DNA of 63,989 bases, filler included, from Catajapyx aquilonaris (Eukaryota), in the NCBI GenBank assembly GCA_000934665.2. It is 3 parts of 3 records of this genome, joined end to end, with 100 filler letters (N's around TTAATTAATTAA, not from the genome) between each part and the next. Parts side by side here need not be neighbours in the genome. Positions count along the whole stretch, not along the records: positions 43,423 to 63,989 come from JYFJ02006232.1; 2 more parts are not named here. The stretch is one strand, 5' to 3'. Of the stretch, positions 46,288 through 58,669 are shown piece after piece (the stretch's first letter is position 1; each line of letters opens with the position of its first letter). The position numbers and the translations under genes are program-made. The notes under the pieces were generated by a model. That model saw only the letters and a list, made by a program, of their open reading frames with translations, was not told the origin of the DNA and ran no database searches.

Positions 46288-49200
46288 ACCTGCTGATTTA
46301 CCTATTTTCCTGACCTTTCATAACGAAATCCAGATTTACTAAGTTCATGGTACCGGTACGTAATATATTATTCCTACCGTTAGACTCTAAATGGTCAGTT
46401 AAAAGGTTGAATCAACCGGAAATAAATGCACTCTGTAAACAACATTTGTGCCTTACAGCCTAACCATTTCGAATTTCAAAAATGTACTTTTGATTCATTT
46501 TCACTACCCGGCAAAAGTTTGACAATTTTTCTGAGTCATTGGCGAGTGGACTAACCTAATTCGAGTGTGCCAAAAATTGCCTTACTTAACTTTGATTATT
46601 TATTTGCAAAATATTTATCCCACATTATGCAATATATGTGATTTTCTGTATCTTCTCAACACCTTGGAGTAATTTGAATGAGATTAAGCATGGTGCGTCA
46701 AAACCATTGCAGGGTAGTTACTGAACATACAATAAAATAATGTGTTACAAGAAGCACAACAAACGTAGGAAACTCTCTGGTCAATGGGTGTCGTAGAGAG
46801 TCATTTATCTGGTCACATTTTGACAAACCGGCTGTAGAAGTTCTGGTCTTCAATTACTCTGCCACTGAAGCAATTTCTTGATCCATTATTTCTGACGAAG
46901 CTGTTGCTGGAAGAGGTGATCCACCAGGATGCTAAGATGTGTCCATCAGGAGCTGACGGTCACAACGCAGGGATATAAGTCATACTCATGACCTGAAAGT
47001 TAGGATCACCAATTAGAATATTGTAATGTGCTAATACTCGTCTTGACTGCGATGGATTTGGTCATCTCTTGTATTTAACGCTACAGCATGAGTCGGAATT
47101 GAAGGTCTATCTGAATGTAGCCAAAACAATATGACATTTTCATATTTATCCTGAGCCTTAGAAGTAATCAACATTTACACAATTCACTCAAGTTTTGAGA
47201 ATCGGACTTTTTCAATTCCACATTAGAACAGAAAACTGACATACGATACCTTTTTATTTTGCATCATCACGTGACACCAAAGTAAAATTGTTGCCATGTC
47301 AGGATGAAGGCTTTTAGTGGATATCCATCATCAGAAGAACCAAAAAGAGTCTTCTTATGCATCGGTGGCATACACCAAACCGCACCAAACTATGGCCATT
47401 CAGTGTAGACTATATGGTCCTTCTCAGTGTTTCCAAAGCAGATGGAACTCTTCAGCTACCCGGTAGTAACTACGTCAATCTTCAACTACGTCCGGGTCAA
47501 GGTGGCTGTTACTGCGGGCGTACTCGGCATATCTGGCTGTGAATACACAATTACAATAGGTTTCATACCATTCATCATACAGAATTTATTAACCAAATGC
47601 AGACCTGATTATTTTATGCCTGACATTATCTAAGTGCATTATTCTTATTATCCGAATAATAAATTTAAATGACTTCACATTGTTGCCAATACTCATCAAG
47701 ACACAATAACAATGGCAATGAAGGTGACGTCACGTGTAACTTCAAAAGCCGAAATGTCAGGTAATTAAATGAATAAAGAGAAGAGCGTTCATGAATTTAA
47801 TTATAACCACGAGCAGTGAATATAATAATTATATATCTGGCTGTTGCCTCCTTGAACTGGTTAGGGCCTACTGGGTTCAGACAGTCCACGACTTCATCAC
47901 CTTCTCCTCTTGATTTGTGGGCATGGCATCGTAGCCCTCTCTGATTAATGTCACTTAATAATATATGTATCAGGTTCGAGGTTGTGGACTTGACCCAACA
48001 TCCTTTATGACAGGGTGGGTTGCCTCAGACTGTCACGATTCCCTTATCGCGGCCATAAAAGTGTTTTCTCCAGGTACACCAGTGTCCCCAGTGTCGCGTT
48101 ACCACAATGAAAGTGAAGGAGAGACCGTGGGAGAGACAGATTTTCCTCCTTCTCATGACATGTGACGCAATGATTTGGCTATTAATCTTTATCAAATTCT
48201 ATCCCCTTCAAAACTTAGGCGTACGAGGCGTCGCACAGTGGTTCAAAACGAGAAAAAGGAGCGAAAAAAAAAATCGATTTTTGACTATTTAGTATGAACT
48301 TGCAAACTGCGCACAAGAAAGTGCATCATGTGAGGTACATGTGGTACTACTTGTTTGTTCAATCTGGTTCAATCCTTATTGCATGATAAATACCACATGC
48401 CCCGAAAATAATGAAAAAATCGGAAAATTGCTTTTTTTTCGTCCTGGTCATTTTTCCTTCCCCATATTGTCGTTCATTACAGCTAGTTATAAAGACGAAT
48501 TAAGAAATGTCCAGCATACAGTTTTGTTCAGTGCTTCGTGAAGAATAATAATATGGATGTGATGTCGATTTAATCTTTACCTATAATTCCTTAAAAATAT
48601 TTTAAAAGTGCACCCGAAGGAGCGCATTAATTTTAGCAATTTTTCATAAACATGCTGCGTAATACGGAGTAATTACGAAGAATTGATGGAATTGCTCTTA
48701 TGTGCTCTCGTGTGTGGGTGAAGTAAAAAGTTTTCCCCCGACTTATGCTAATTTCGGATCCTTAACTAAGTAAAATTAGGCACAGGTGAGAATTAAAACA
48801 TAGAACACCTGAGGAAGACATTTTATTTTTACTCATGGTGCGCAGGAAGAAGCCTATGATATAGACTTACTGTAGCAGTATGATTACGTGTGTGCGTGTG
48901 GTGATTTTAGGAGAAACTTCTGGCACACCCTGTGTACAGAACCTTACCAATTACCTCCCTATGTGCAATTCATCGACCTCCGCAGAAATTGAGGATTTTC
49001 GAACCAGTGTAGTGTAACAAATAACAATCGAAGCCCTTTTGGCAAAAAGGGCACATGTCACTCTTTTGGAATATTCGAGTTATCATCACTAAATGGCAGG
49101 GGGGATTGTTTCTGAGGTCCTGAGAAAAGTGTACATCAAAAGGGGCATTTGTCACAGCTGAAAATGGGGTTTGAAGATTGAGGAAATCATCCGACCCTGG

Positions 49201-49362
49201 AATACTGTATATCACGTTATGGGCCATATGAGCTGATCTCTGACTTCCATGTTGCCGTCCACAGGTCCACTATACCAAGACTATATACACAACTGCATGG
49301 TGCCAGCAGGTGTCTACTATATACTGGTATCATCGATCACAATACACATCATCTACTAAGTA

Positions 49363-49513
49363 AGTACTATGGGGCTCAAATTCTTTTGCCCACTTTATCC
49401 TGGTCTTGAAAAAACCCTTCGCACAGGCCCCATGGTGAGCAGGTATATGTGTGTGTGAAGGGTTGCTTCAAGATCAGGATAAAGTGGCCAAAACAATTTG
49501 AGCCCCATAGTAC
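49363..49513. mobile_element. Palindromic MITE inserted in unit A only
   Basis: gtactatggggctcaaatt ... aatttgagccccatagtac; absent from unit B. Confidence 0.75.
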
Positions 49514-51898
49514 CTACAGTACAGTCTCGGCATATGAATTTGAGTGCTGAGATCCCTCCCATTTTACTCGAAACACCAAGTCGCCATTATTATCTATTGA
49601 AAGCCATTGCTTCGTCAGTGACTTTGCTGTCCTGGTTGAAAAGCCATGATGATATCAAATGCCTAATTCTCCAAATGTAACTGGCCATTCACAACTAACG
49701 ACGTTATATTTAGGTGCCTATCACTAAATTACAGTTGGCTGTTAAGAGTTACATACCAATAATTAAAAGACTGGATAAGCCGTACATAGATGTGCAGACC
49801 TAAAGTGGACTTCTATATGATGGGATGGCTTGGCCCTAGCGCGCGGCGGTGGGGGGGGGGGGGNAGTACGATTGCCATGAAATTAATGTTTATTTTCGCC
49901 GTTAATTACCAATAAGAACCTATATACAAAAATTACGAGTTTCCAACTATGCTAAAGCGATGCGGTGCACCTATGACTTATCAGTAGGCCTAGGCCTAAA
50001 TGACAGCAGAGGAATTGGCGAAAAAAAAAACCTTAGCGGGGCCCCTAAATTTTGTGGGCCCTAAGCACCTGCCCCGTGTGCACCCCGCCCCCACGCCCCG
50101 ATAGGAGGGGCCCCTCGCTTGACGTGGCTCCGGGCCCCGCGACCCGTACGCGCCGTCACTGGATCCTAGTCCTATCCTAGACATTCGCACCTGCCAATGC
50201 TGCCATCCGTAGGACTAGAACTATGCCACCACCGTCCCAGTGTTGCCCATTTGTAGACACTTCAACAGGACAACACCCCTCCCTGACTTGGAGACATTTA
50301 GGCGTAGGCCTACTCACCTCCATCAACGGTGGATATCTCTCTCCTGGTTGTGAGGCCTGTTTGACTGTCCCTCGTCTCTTCCCAACAGATGAATCTTCTG
50401 AACGGTTGGTGGTCGACACTAAGGCCTGGTCACTCCGCCACACCCTCGTTCTTCTGCCTCAGGAACATGGCCACCGGTTGTATCACCAATGATGCCCAGA
50501 ATGAGTATGACGTGTTTCATCATGGCGGATCTCCACTAGTCCTCGTCATGTCGAGGAGCAGTCTACAGCTCCTCCCACACTTCACTGGTCCAATCTCCAT
50601 CGACTTGCGCAGTAGAGAAAGAATCTTCTGGAGAACATGACTCATTCCAAGAACTCCTAGCTACGTGTCCTCTCCTTCCTGTGTACACTATGCTGTCCCT
50701 CACATTCTTTGGCCATTCTTCCTCAGCTAGTTATGTCCCATTGTTTAGCATCATTGGTGTATCTTGCTAATATTGTCAGATGATGGCTTGTTTTTCTCGC
50801 AATCCTGATGATCAAATGTTATGCTTTGTTCTTTGTCTCCAAGAATATTGTTGGGATTCCTTACACTATTGTGCACTCTGAATTAATCAGTCTAATGTGC
50901 TGTATAATGAACCTGCCTATGACTAACAAGTGAGTGACCCTGATTTTAGAATGTAGCGATTTGCAAGGGGGTAACTACTCCCCAAAAATGTGTAGGGGAG
51001 ACCGGTGCACAGTGGTCCTTTCCACGTCATACTGTATGCAATGGAAGCTACGATTCATAACATCATAATTATCAGTTGCTGCCCTCTGGGGCACAGTAGT
51101 CCATGAACCAGTGTGCACCTTCTTGTGGACGACCCTTTTGCCTCTGCACAGCACGTAATGTCATTGATGTTCCCATATTTTCACCCTATACAGTTAAGAC
51201 TTTGTTTTGGGCCAATCCAGCCACCGTGTTCCGTGCGACATGAAGATCTGACTCACCTTGTATCCACCTCTTCCGTATCAGTAATTTCCGACGGGTGACA
51301 ATATTTCTCTAGGATAATGACCTCCTCCGTCCTGGACCACTCTTTTCCTGGAAGTTACTGCCAACTTATCTACACTTCGGACGAACTTGAGCAGTTCGGA
51401 CTACCATTTACATAGTGCAGATTGAATAACGTTGAAAAAGGTGTTACATCTTTTGGGAAATGTTGACTCTTTCTCCCCATTTTTATCGGGTTACTTTTTG
51501 GTGAATTCCACGAGAGTGTGAAATATTGAGTACACGATGGTCTGAAACTTTCCATGGGTTTGTAGAGCTTCTAAAACAAAATCACATAATTGATTGACAA
51601 TGAGTTTTATTTATTTAAATTCATGGATCAGGATAGATAAATACATGGTATATTTCGGAATGCAGGCAACAAATGCCAAGTAGCATGATAGAGTAGGTTA
51701 CAGATGGTAAATAGCAAATGACACATAAACTTACATATTATTATAAAATGAGTTGTTTACATATTATTACTTAAATGTATGTCGTAGTCTAGTTTACATC
51801 TTATTTACTTGTAAAACGGAATGTCTGGGAACATCCCTGCTAATCTTTTAATATAATAATAAGATTAATAACCTTTAATGATGGTGGTGGTGACATAA

Positions 51899-52137
51899 GG
51901 AAGGGGGAATGTTCCCAAGGGAGGGCGCTTCTGAAGTGTTCTAGAGTAAGGATGAGCTAAAGACCCAGACCTTTTCTTCTGGCCCTGGGCAGAGAAGGGA
52001 GTGCGAATCTGCCCGGACACGTCGGGTGAAAATCGAAAAAATACCCGACCAAGAGGAAGGTGACGGGGACGGGATCAGAACCCAGTACCTCCCTCTTGGC
52101 TGGCCAGCGGCATAGCCACTATACCACCGTGTCCCCC
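51899..52137 (-). mobile_element. tRNA-derived SINE, family 2 (duplicated with the segment)
   Basis: Close copy of 43495-43749 with the same downstream flank. Confidence 0.8.
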
Positions 52138-52399
52138 ATAATGTTACCAATACAATGCATCACAATGCACCAATCAAAACATGACATTCATGAAACAGTT
52201 AAAAACTGTTATTCGATTGTTATTTCATAAACTCATTTTAAATTTAATACACTTGTCCATAACCTGGGACTGACAATCTGGTCCTGCCCGTTGACATATT
52301 CTGATCGTCAGTGTCTCATCCTCTCATGGCGGAATAAAGCCTCCGGCGCAACTTCTCCTGGCAACTTGTGATACTTATGGAAACTTATTGGATATGGAA

Positions 52400-54140
52400 T
52401 GATATGTGTCTGGTAAGTGACTGAGTGACTCGGACTATACTTTTCCAACGTTTAGATGAAAAGTGTAGCACGTAAAGGACACCTCCAGATGGAGCAAGAA
52501 CTTCTCAGGCATCATTGTGAACTCTGATGTGAATGATTTACCTACTAGAGGAAGGTGTTGACAATACAAAAAGTTAATGTAAATATTGAGACGGAGTTCA
52601 CTCTATTGGATAGTCACAGTTGCCACCACAGTAAATACCGTGAACCTCTTTGGCTATCTGAGTGCTACAGAAAGGTCCTTATTGCAGTCATATACCCAAC
52701 GGAAGCTCTTGGATCGCTTCATCCAGAGGTTCGACTTGGCAGGAGAATCTCTAGCAACAGAGCAAGTTATGTAATGCACTTTCTACAGTCCTAATGGTAG
52801 CCCATCATTGCCCTCAATGTTCTCGAGTCATTCAGAGAGAGCAAGAAAGATAATAGAATAATGGAATGCGTGGTCTTTTCTGGAAGAGAAGAGTCTTGGC
52901 TCACTCTCTCCAGTCTCAATAAATGCGTATGGGTTGGTCAGCCTCTGCTACGGACACTGAATTGATTTTAACATGCGAAAGTGACAGTTTGCAGTGTCCA
53001 GCCGCAGTTTTCACGAAACCTTTCCGACCAATCAAACGTCATGACTAAAGCGAAAAGAGACACCTGCTGATGTAATGCAATGTCGTATTACTATGATCAA
53101 GATAGTGGAAGTTGCTAAGCTTCGACAGGTCGATATGATATCTAAATCGATACCAAACAATGGGATAATGTGCGATCTTTTGGGTTTCACTCATGTTTCC
53201 AGGAAGAGGTGAAGGAAGATTACATGAAAGAAGAATCGATAAATGATCATTACAAAATGTATGGGAGTGTAGGTTGTGGCTCTCCATTTATAATGACCGT
53301 TTATCAACCATTCTAATGTTCCTTCGCCACACACCTGGAGACGTGGGTGAATCCCAAAAGCTAGCACATTGTCTCATTGTTTTGGTATTGATTTTGAATC
53401 CACATCTACCTGTCGATGCTTAGCCCCTTTCACTTTCTTGATCATGTGAATAGCGTACGACATTGCTTTGCATCAGATGGGTCTTTTCGCTGGAGCCATG
53501 GCTGATTGCCCGGTAAGGGTTCGTGACAACTGAGGCTGGACACTGCAAACTGTCACTTTCCTCATGGTACATCAATTTCCAGTGATCCGAGACAGAGGAT
53601 GACACATCCATGTGCATTTATTGAGATTGGGGAGCGTGATTCAGAACTCACCTTTCCAGAACAGACGACGCGTTCCATGCTTCCTTCACTTTACCTGATC
53701 TCTATGATTCACTCGAGAATTTTGAGAGCAATGAAGGCCATCACTGGGTCTGTACAATGGTGCTTTACATAACCCGCAATGTCACTGGAGATTCTCCAGC
53801 TGGATCGAAGCACCGGAGGAAGATCTCCAAGATCCTCCGTTGGGTACAATTATGTGACAAGAATTACTCTGCAGCATCAAATTTCCAAAGCGGTTCCTGA
53901 TATTTGAAATGCTGGCAACTCTGACGATCCTACAGAGTGATCTCATTGCTTCTCAATACTGACATGAACAATTTTGCAAAGGCAACAGCTTCTTCCTGCT
54001 GGGAAATCACTAACAGCAGGGTTCACAGTCATGCTAGAGACGTTCTTGCAGATGGACGTGTCCGGTACATGCTACTCTAACCCTCTAAATGTTCGTCGAT
54101 CCTAATCACACAATACCTTGAATCATAGAAAATAATATCT
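52400..54140 (+). ncRNA. Candidate long hairpin RNA gene, copy B (apical ~200 nt deleted, centre ~53270)
   Basis: Paralog of copy A; arms complementary (e.g. aaagtgacagtttgcagtgtccagcc at ~52978 / ggctggacactgcaaactgtcacttt at ~53534). Confidence 0.58.
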
Positions 54141-57100
54141 TGCAAAGTTATTTGGATTCTCTCGAGGAAATGAAGAGCGAGACACCCTCAGGTGAAGCTG
54201 AGGGTGTCTCGCCCAACATTCCTTAGAAACAGGTAATTGAATGGGCACTTACATTGTACATGATGATATCTACATATGCTACTACTAGCTGCAACATTAA
54301 ATTTAGTGTCGCCTCTGCCGTTTTTATAAACAAACCTAAAGAATCGATAGCTAATTCGCTGTAATTAAATTAACAATTATCTCAAACTTTTGGCACTGAT
54401 GGGAACCTTCATTACATCACATTTTCATAAATGTATGAATGAATTAGTTGGAAGTTTGTTATACAGTACAGTGTAGGCCCTACAGTGAGATTGCACTTGA
54501 CACCATTTGCACTAGCATAATTTTATTTATAAGAAATTTTATTAAGAAATACAGGCTGGTTTCTCCAACTATTTACCTGACCTTTCATAACTAAATCCAG
54601 ATTTACTAAGTTTGTGGTATATATGTAATTACTCATACAATTAGTCCTTAATGGTCAGTTAAACGGTTGAACAAACCGCAAATTATTGTGCCTTACAGCC
54701 TAACCATTTCGAAAATGTACTGTACTTTGTTTCATTTTCACTCCTTGAGATCGATTACACTACCCTACAAAAGTTTAAATATTTTCAACAGTATTGATGA
54801 GATCAACCAAACCAAACCTAAATCGAGTGTGCCTGAAATTCTATTATTTCACATTGATTATAATTATCTGAAAATATTTATGCCAACACTAACACCAGAT
54901 ATGATTTTCTGCTTTTTCTCAAATTTTTGAAGTAATATAGGCCTATTATTTGGATTATTAGGAAAATTGTAATCTATTCAGCAATTTTCATGAAATGTAA
55001 GCTAATTGTATAGCAAGTTATAGTGATCAAATTATCACATTAACATTTCCGGAAAACAGTAAGTGATAGGGAAAATGGAGAGCAGATTATTATGAAACTA
55101 GCACACTCCACCCGTTAAATCGCCGCTTTCAGGATAGTGTTACTGAACGGCGTACTAATGTATTACAAAGAAGCACAACTAACTTATCAAAATCTCCAGG
55201 AATTACGACAGTGGATGTCGAAGAGAGTCATTTATGTGGGTCCTGGCCTTCAATGTCTCTTCCACGGAAGCACCCTCTTGATCCATTATTTCTGCCAAAT
55301 CTGTTGCTGAGAATGATGGTCCACCAAGTTGCTGTCCATCCGCAGCTAACAGTCACACCCCAAGGATGTAAGACGTACTCATGACCTGAAAGTCAGGGTC
55401 GCCAATTAGCATGCTTGCATAGTAGGATTACAATTCCCTAACCCTTTGTAGCGTGACAAGCCAACCTCAATAATAAGTTATCAAAATGACAACTTTTAAA
55501 AACCTATTATTTCAATATTCCACATTAGCACAAAATAACTGCGACATACCTTATTATCTCGCATCACGGCATGACACCAAATTATGTTGCCCATCAGGAC
55601 GCGGCCAAAGTGGAAATCCATCATCAGGAGACCCAAAAAGCGTCCTCTTCAGCATGCAGCAGTAGCCTATACACCAAACTATGGCCACTCAAAGTGTCTG
55701 TGGTCCTTCTGGGTGTTGCCAAAGCAGATAGGGCTCCTCAGCAACCAGGATGTCAAGTCAATCTTCAACTACCCACATCAGGATAAAGATGAATCTTAGT
55801 GCAGGCGTGTCACTCTGCATATTTGGCTCTGGAAAAAACCCACAATTCCTATAACTTTCATTCCAATCATCATTCAGACAATCCACAACTTCATCACCTT
55901 CTCTTCTTTATTTGGGGGCATTGCGTCATAGTCCTCTCTGATTTTGGAATACAGTTATGTAATGTCACGAAATTAATGTGTATGACCAGGTTCGAGGATG
56001 TGGACTTGACCCAAGACTTGATCCAACATCCTTTATGACAGGGTGGGTTGCCTCAGACTGTCACGATTCCCTTATCGCGGCCATAAAAGTGTTTTCTCCA
56101 GACACCAGTGTCGCGTTACCATGAAAGTGAAGGAGAGACCGTGGGAGAGACAGATTTTCCTCCTTCCCATGACATCATCAGACGCAATGCTTGGTAGCTA
56201 TTAATATTCACCGAATTTTATCCGGGGGCCTTCAAAAATTACACGTAGCGCTTAACTGTTTTTTTCCCTGGTCTAGTTTGATTTATTGGTAAACGAAAAT
56301 AAAGCCATTAGATTGTGGACACAGCTCGAGGAGAAGCTCGAGGACCCCGCGAAAAATGCTCGAGAAAAGTAGTTAACTCTACCCAACTCTACCCATGGAG
56401 AAAATCCTCGAACCTTGGGATATAACTCATGATCTGGGTTGATCTCGACCTCCATGTTGCCTCCCTCACAACTGCGTGATACCAATGTAGGTGTCCACTA
56501 TACTGGTACTAGCTATCTGCACTCCTCTAGTCTCGGCGTAAGAATTTGGCTCGGAATTTAGGTACCGGTACTAACGTCCTTGCCTATATAATTGCTTAGT
56601 TGCCATTATACTTGCGGCTGTTGTGACGTCACTTCTTTGGTTCAGGATAACGATATTATCATATGAATATTTCTCCAAACTTTTAACCGACAGTTCACAG
56701 TTCACTGAATTTTAGGTGCCTCACGCATAAACTATAGCTTAATGCACATTTGGCTGGAACCTGTGCATACCTAAAGTGAACACGAGTGAACCACGAACTT
56801 CTATGGGATGGCCCTAGTCCTAGACCTTCGCACCTGCCATCCGTGGGACTAGGAGTAGGGCATTTGCTACGACCGTCCGAGGGAACCCCATTTGCACAAC
56901 CCTAACTACCAACTGGACAACACCCCCTCCCTGGCCTCACTGTAGACGTTTACTCACCACCATCAATGGCGGATGTCCCTCTCCTGGTTGTGAGGCCCGG
57001 TCTGATGAAGTCTAGTCTCTTCCCAACAGGTGTTGAATCTTCTGCACTGTTGGTGGTAGGTCTATAGCCACTAGGCCTGGTCAGTCTGCTGCCACACCCT

Positions 57101-57657
57101 CTTTCTTCCGCCTCAGGACCACTTGCCACCGGCTGTATCACCACTGACGACCAGAATGAGTTTGGCGTGTTTCATCATGGCGGATCTTCGCTAGTCCTCG
57201 TCATGTCGAAGAGCAGTCTATAGCTCCTCCCACACTTTCATGGTCCAATCTCCATCGACTTGCGCAGTAGAGGAAGAATCTTCTGGAGAACATGACTCAT
57301 TCCAATTCCCACTTGTCATTTCCTTCCTGTTGATAGTACTTATTTTTATAGTTGGTACAAGAACTCGTCTAAACTATTTTACTATTTTACCCTCATTTGT
57401 CATAGTAACATATTCTTCCCTTCAGTCAAAATAATGCACTTGAGAGTTTATGCTCCCTAGCCAACTCGCCTTAGTTTTAGTTAGAAGTAGTGGTCATCCA
57501 GCCATAATCATCAAGAATTTGCATGATGCAACTACACATATTGAACACTCCGTGCATATTATGAAATGAAAGGGATATTGCGAAGTCCGACCTTGCATGA
57601 TTTTCATTCTGAGTCGTATTCAGGACGTGTAAATTTGAAGTGTTAACAATTTATAGT

Positions 57658-57682
57658 AGGGTGGGCACATCCTTAACTGGAC
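57658..57682 (+). promoter_or_regulatory. Conserved upstream motif of the OBP-like genes (GGG.CACATCCTTA.CTGG)
   Basis: Present ~180 nt upstream of each ATG: ~57659, ~59791 and ~61511 (gggcggtgcatcctcaactgg). Confidence 0.5.
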
Positions 57683-57844
57683 ATAATATATGACTGGGGC
57701 AATAAGCTTTGGCTCATGACGTAAGCACCTGATATTACTAATATTATACATGCGCATGGCAAGGCACACTTCATTGGGGAATATATTTTGTCGACTATTT
57801 CATTTCATAGTTTCTTGTGCCCTGGAGAAAATCAGTCTGATAAT

Positions 57845-58669
57845 ATGGCTCTGCTCAATGCAACCATCACTCTTTCCATTCTTCTAGTGAGAAATTACGT
57901 AGTATTACTAACAATAGTTTTTTAGTAGAAATAGCCGAATACTGTTCGTAACAATATCTCTAATACTTTGATTATTATTTTTCACTCATTTCTTAGATGT
58001 GCTCCTTGTGTAATGGCTGTGATCTGCCCACGAAGGATAATCGCCTCATGTCTGACATCATGGAATGCGCCAAATCGAACACCAAATTTGTGAGTATTGA
58101 ACATTGTGAAAACCCTTCGGAAAATGTAACTAACTGTGTGATACTGACTATTGTCTTCTTGCCTCACTAGTGTATTTTGAAGTGCGCATGTGAGAAGACG
58201 GGAGTGGTAAGAGCAGATGAAACTCATTTCTTATAGAAACACATTCTAGAGGTTTGTCGTGTATAGTATTTCTCCCATGATTTGTAGGTGACATCTCAGG
58301 GTGCAATAGACAAAGATGGAGTAGACAAACTCTTTGGAGAAATTCCGGAAGGGGAATTCAAAGAAGCATTCGCGGTTACAAAAGATAAGTGCTTCAAACA
58401 GGGTGAGTGATGCAAGTTAATTATGTGTATATTAGTGTTGATGATGTTAGTTAGTACATAATCTTAAAATTGAATTCCAGGCAAGACATACAATATGAAT
58501 GACGCTCAGTGTGTGTCATTTGCAACACTTGGATCTTGCATTATTAAGCAACTGGATAAGGTATGCTTCTGGTATGCTTGACGCTGACTGATTCACAACC
58601 AGTTATATTCTCTTCCTTTTATTGCAGAAATGTCCCGATGTGGCAACAATCGTAAGAAGTAACTTGTAG
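57845..58669 (+). CDS. Odorant-binding-protein-like secreted protein (PBP/GOBP fold, Plus-C-like), paralog 1, 135 aa
   Basis: Exons 57845-57886, 57997-58089, 58171-58206, 58288-58402, 58481-58560 and 58628-58669, all GT-AG. They give MALLNATITLSILLMCSLCNGCDLPTKDNRLMSDIMECAKSNTKFCILKCACEKTGVVTSQGAIDKDGVDKLFGEIPEGEFKEAFAVTKDKCFKQGKTYNMNDAQCVSFATLGSCIIKQLDKKCPDVATIVRSNL*: signal peptide and C-X3-C-X41-C-X13-C-X8-C-X8-CP. Confidence 0.85.

Larger units (their letters stand above)
43490..50650. repeat. Tandem segmental duplication, unit A
   Basis: Collinear homology with 51895-57305 from the SINE (ggaagg..aatgttcccaagggagg) to gaatcttctggagaacatgactcattccaa; unit A carries extra insertions. Confidence 0.88.
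51895..57305. repeat. Tandem segmental duplication, unit B
   Basis: Collinear, diverged copy of 43490-50650. Confidence 0.88.
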
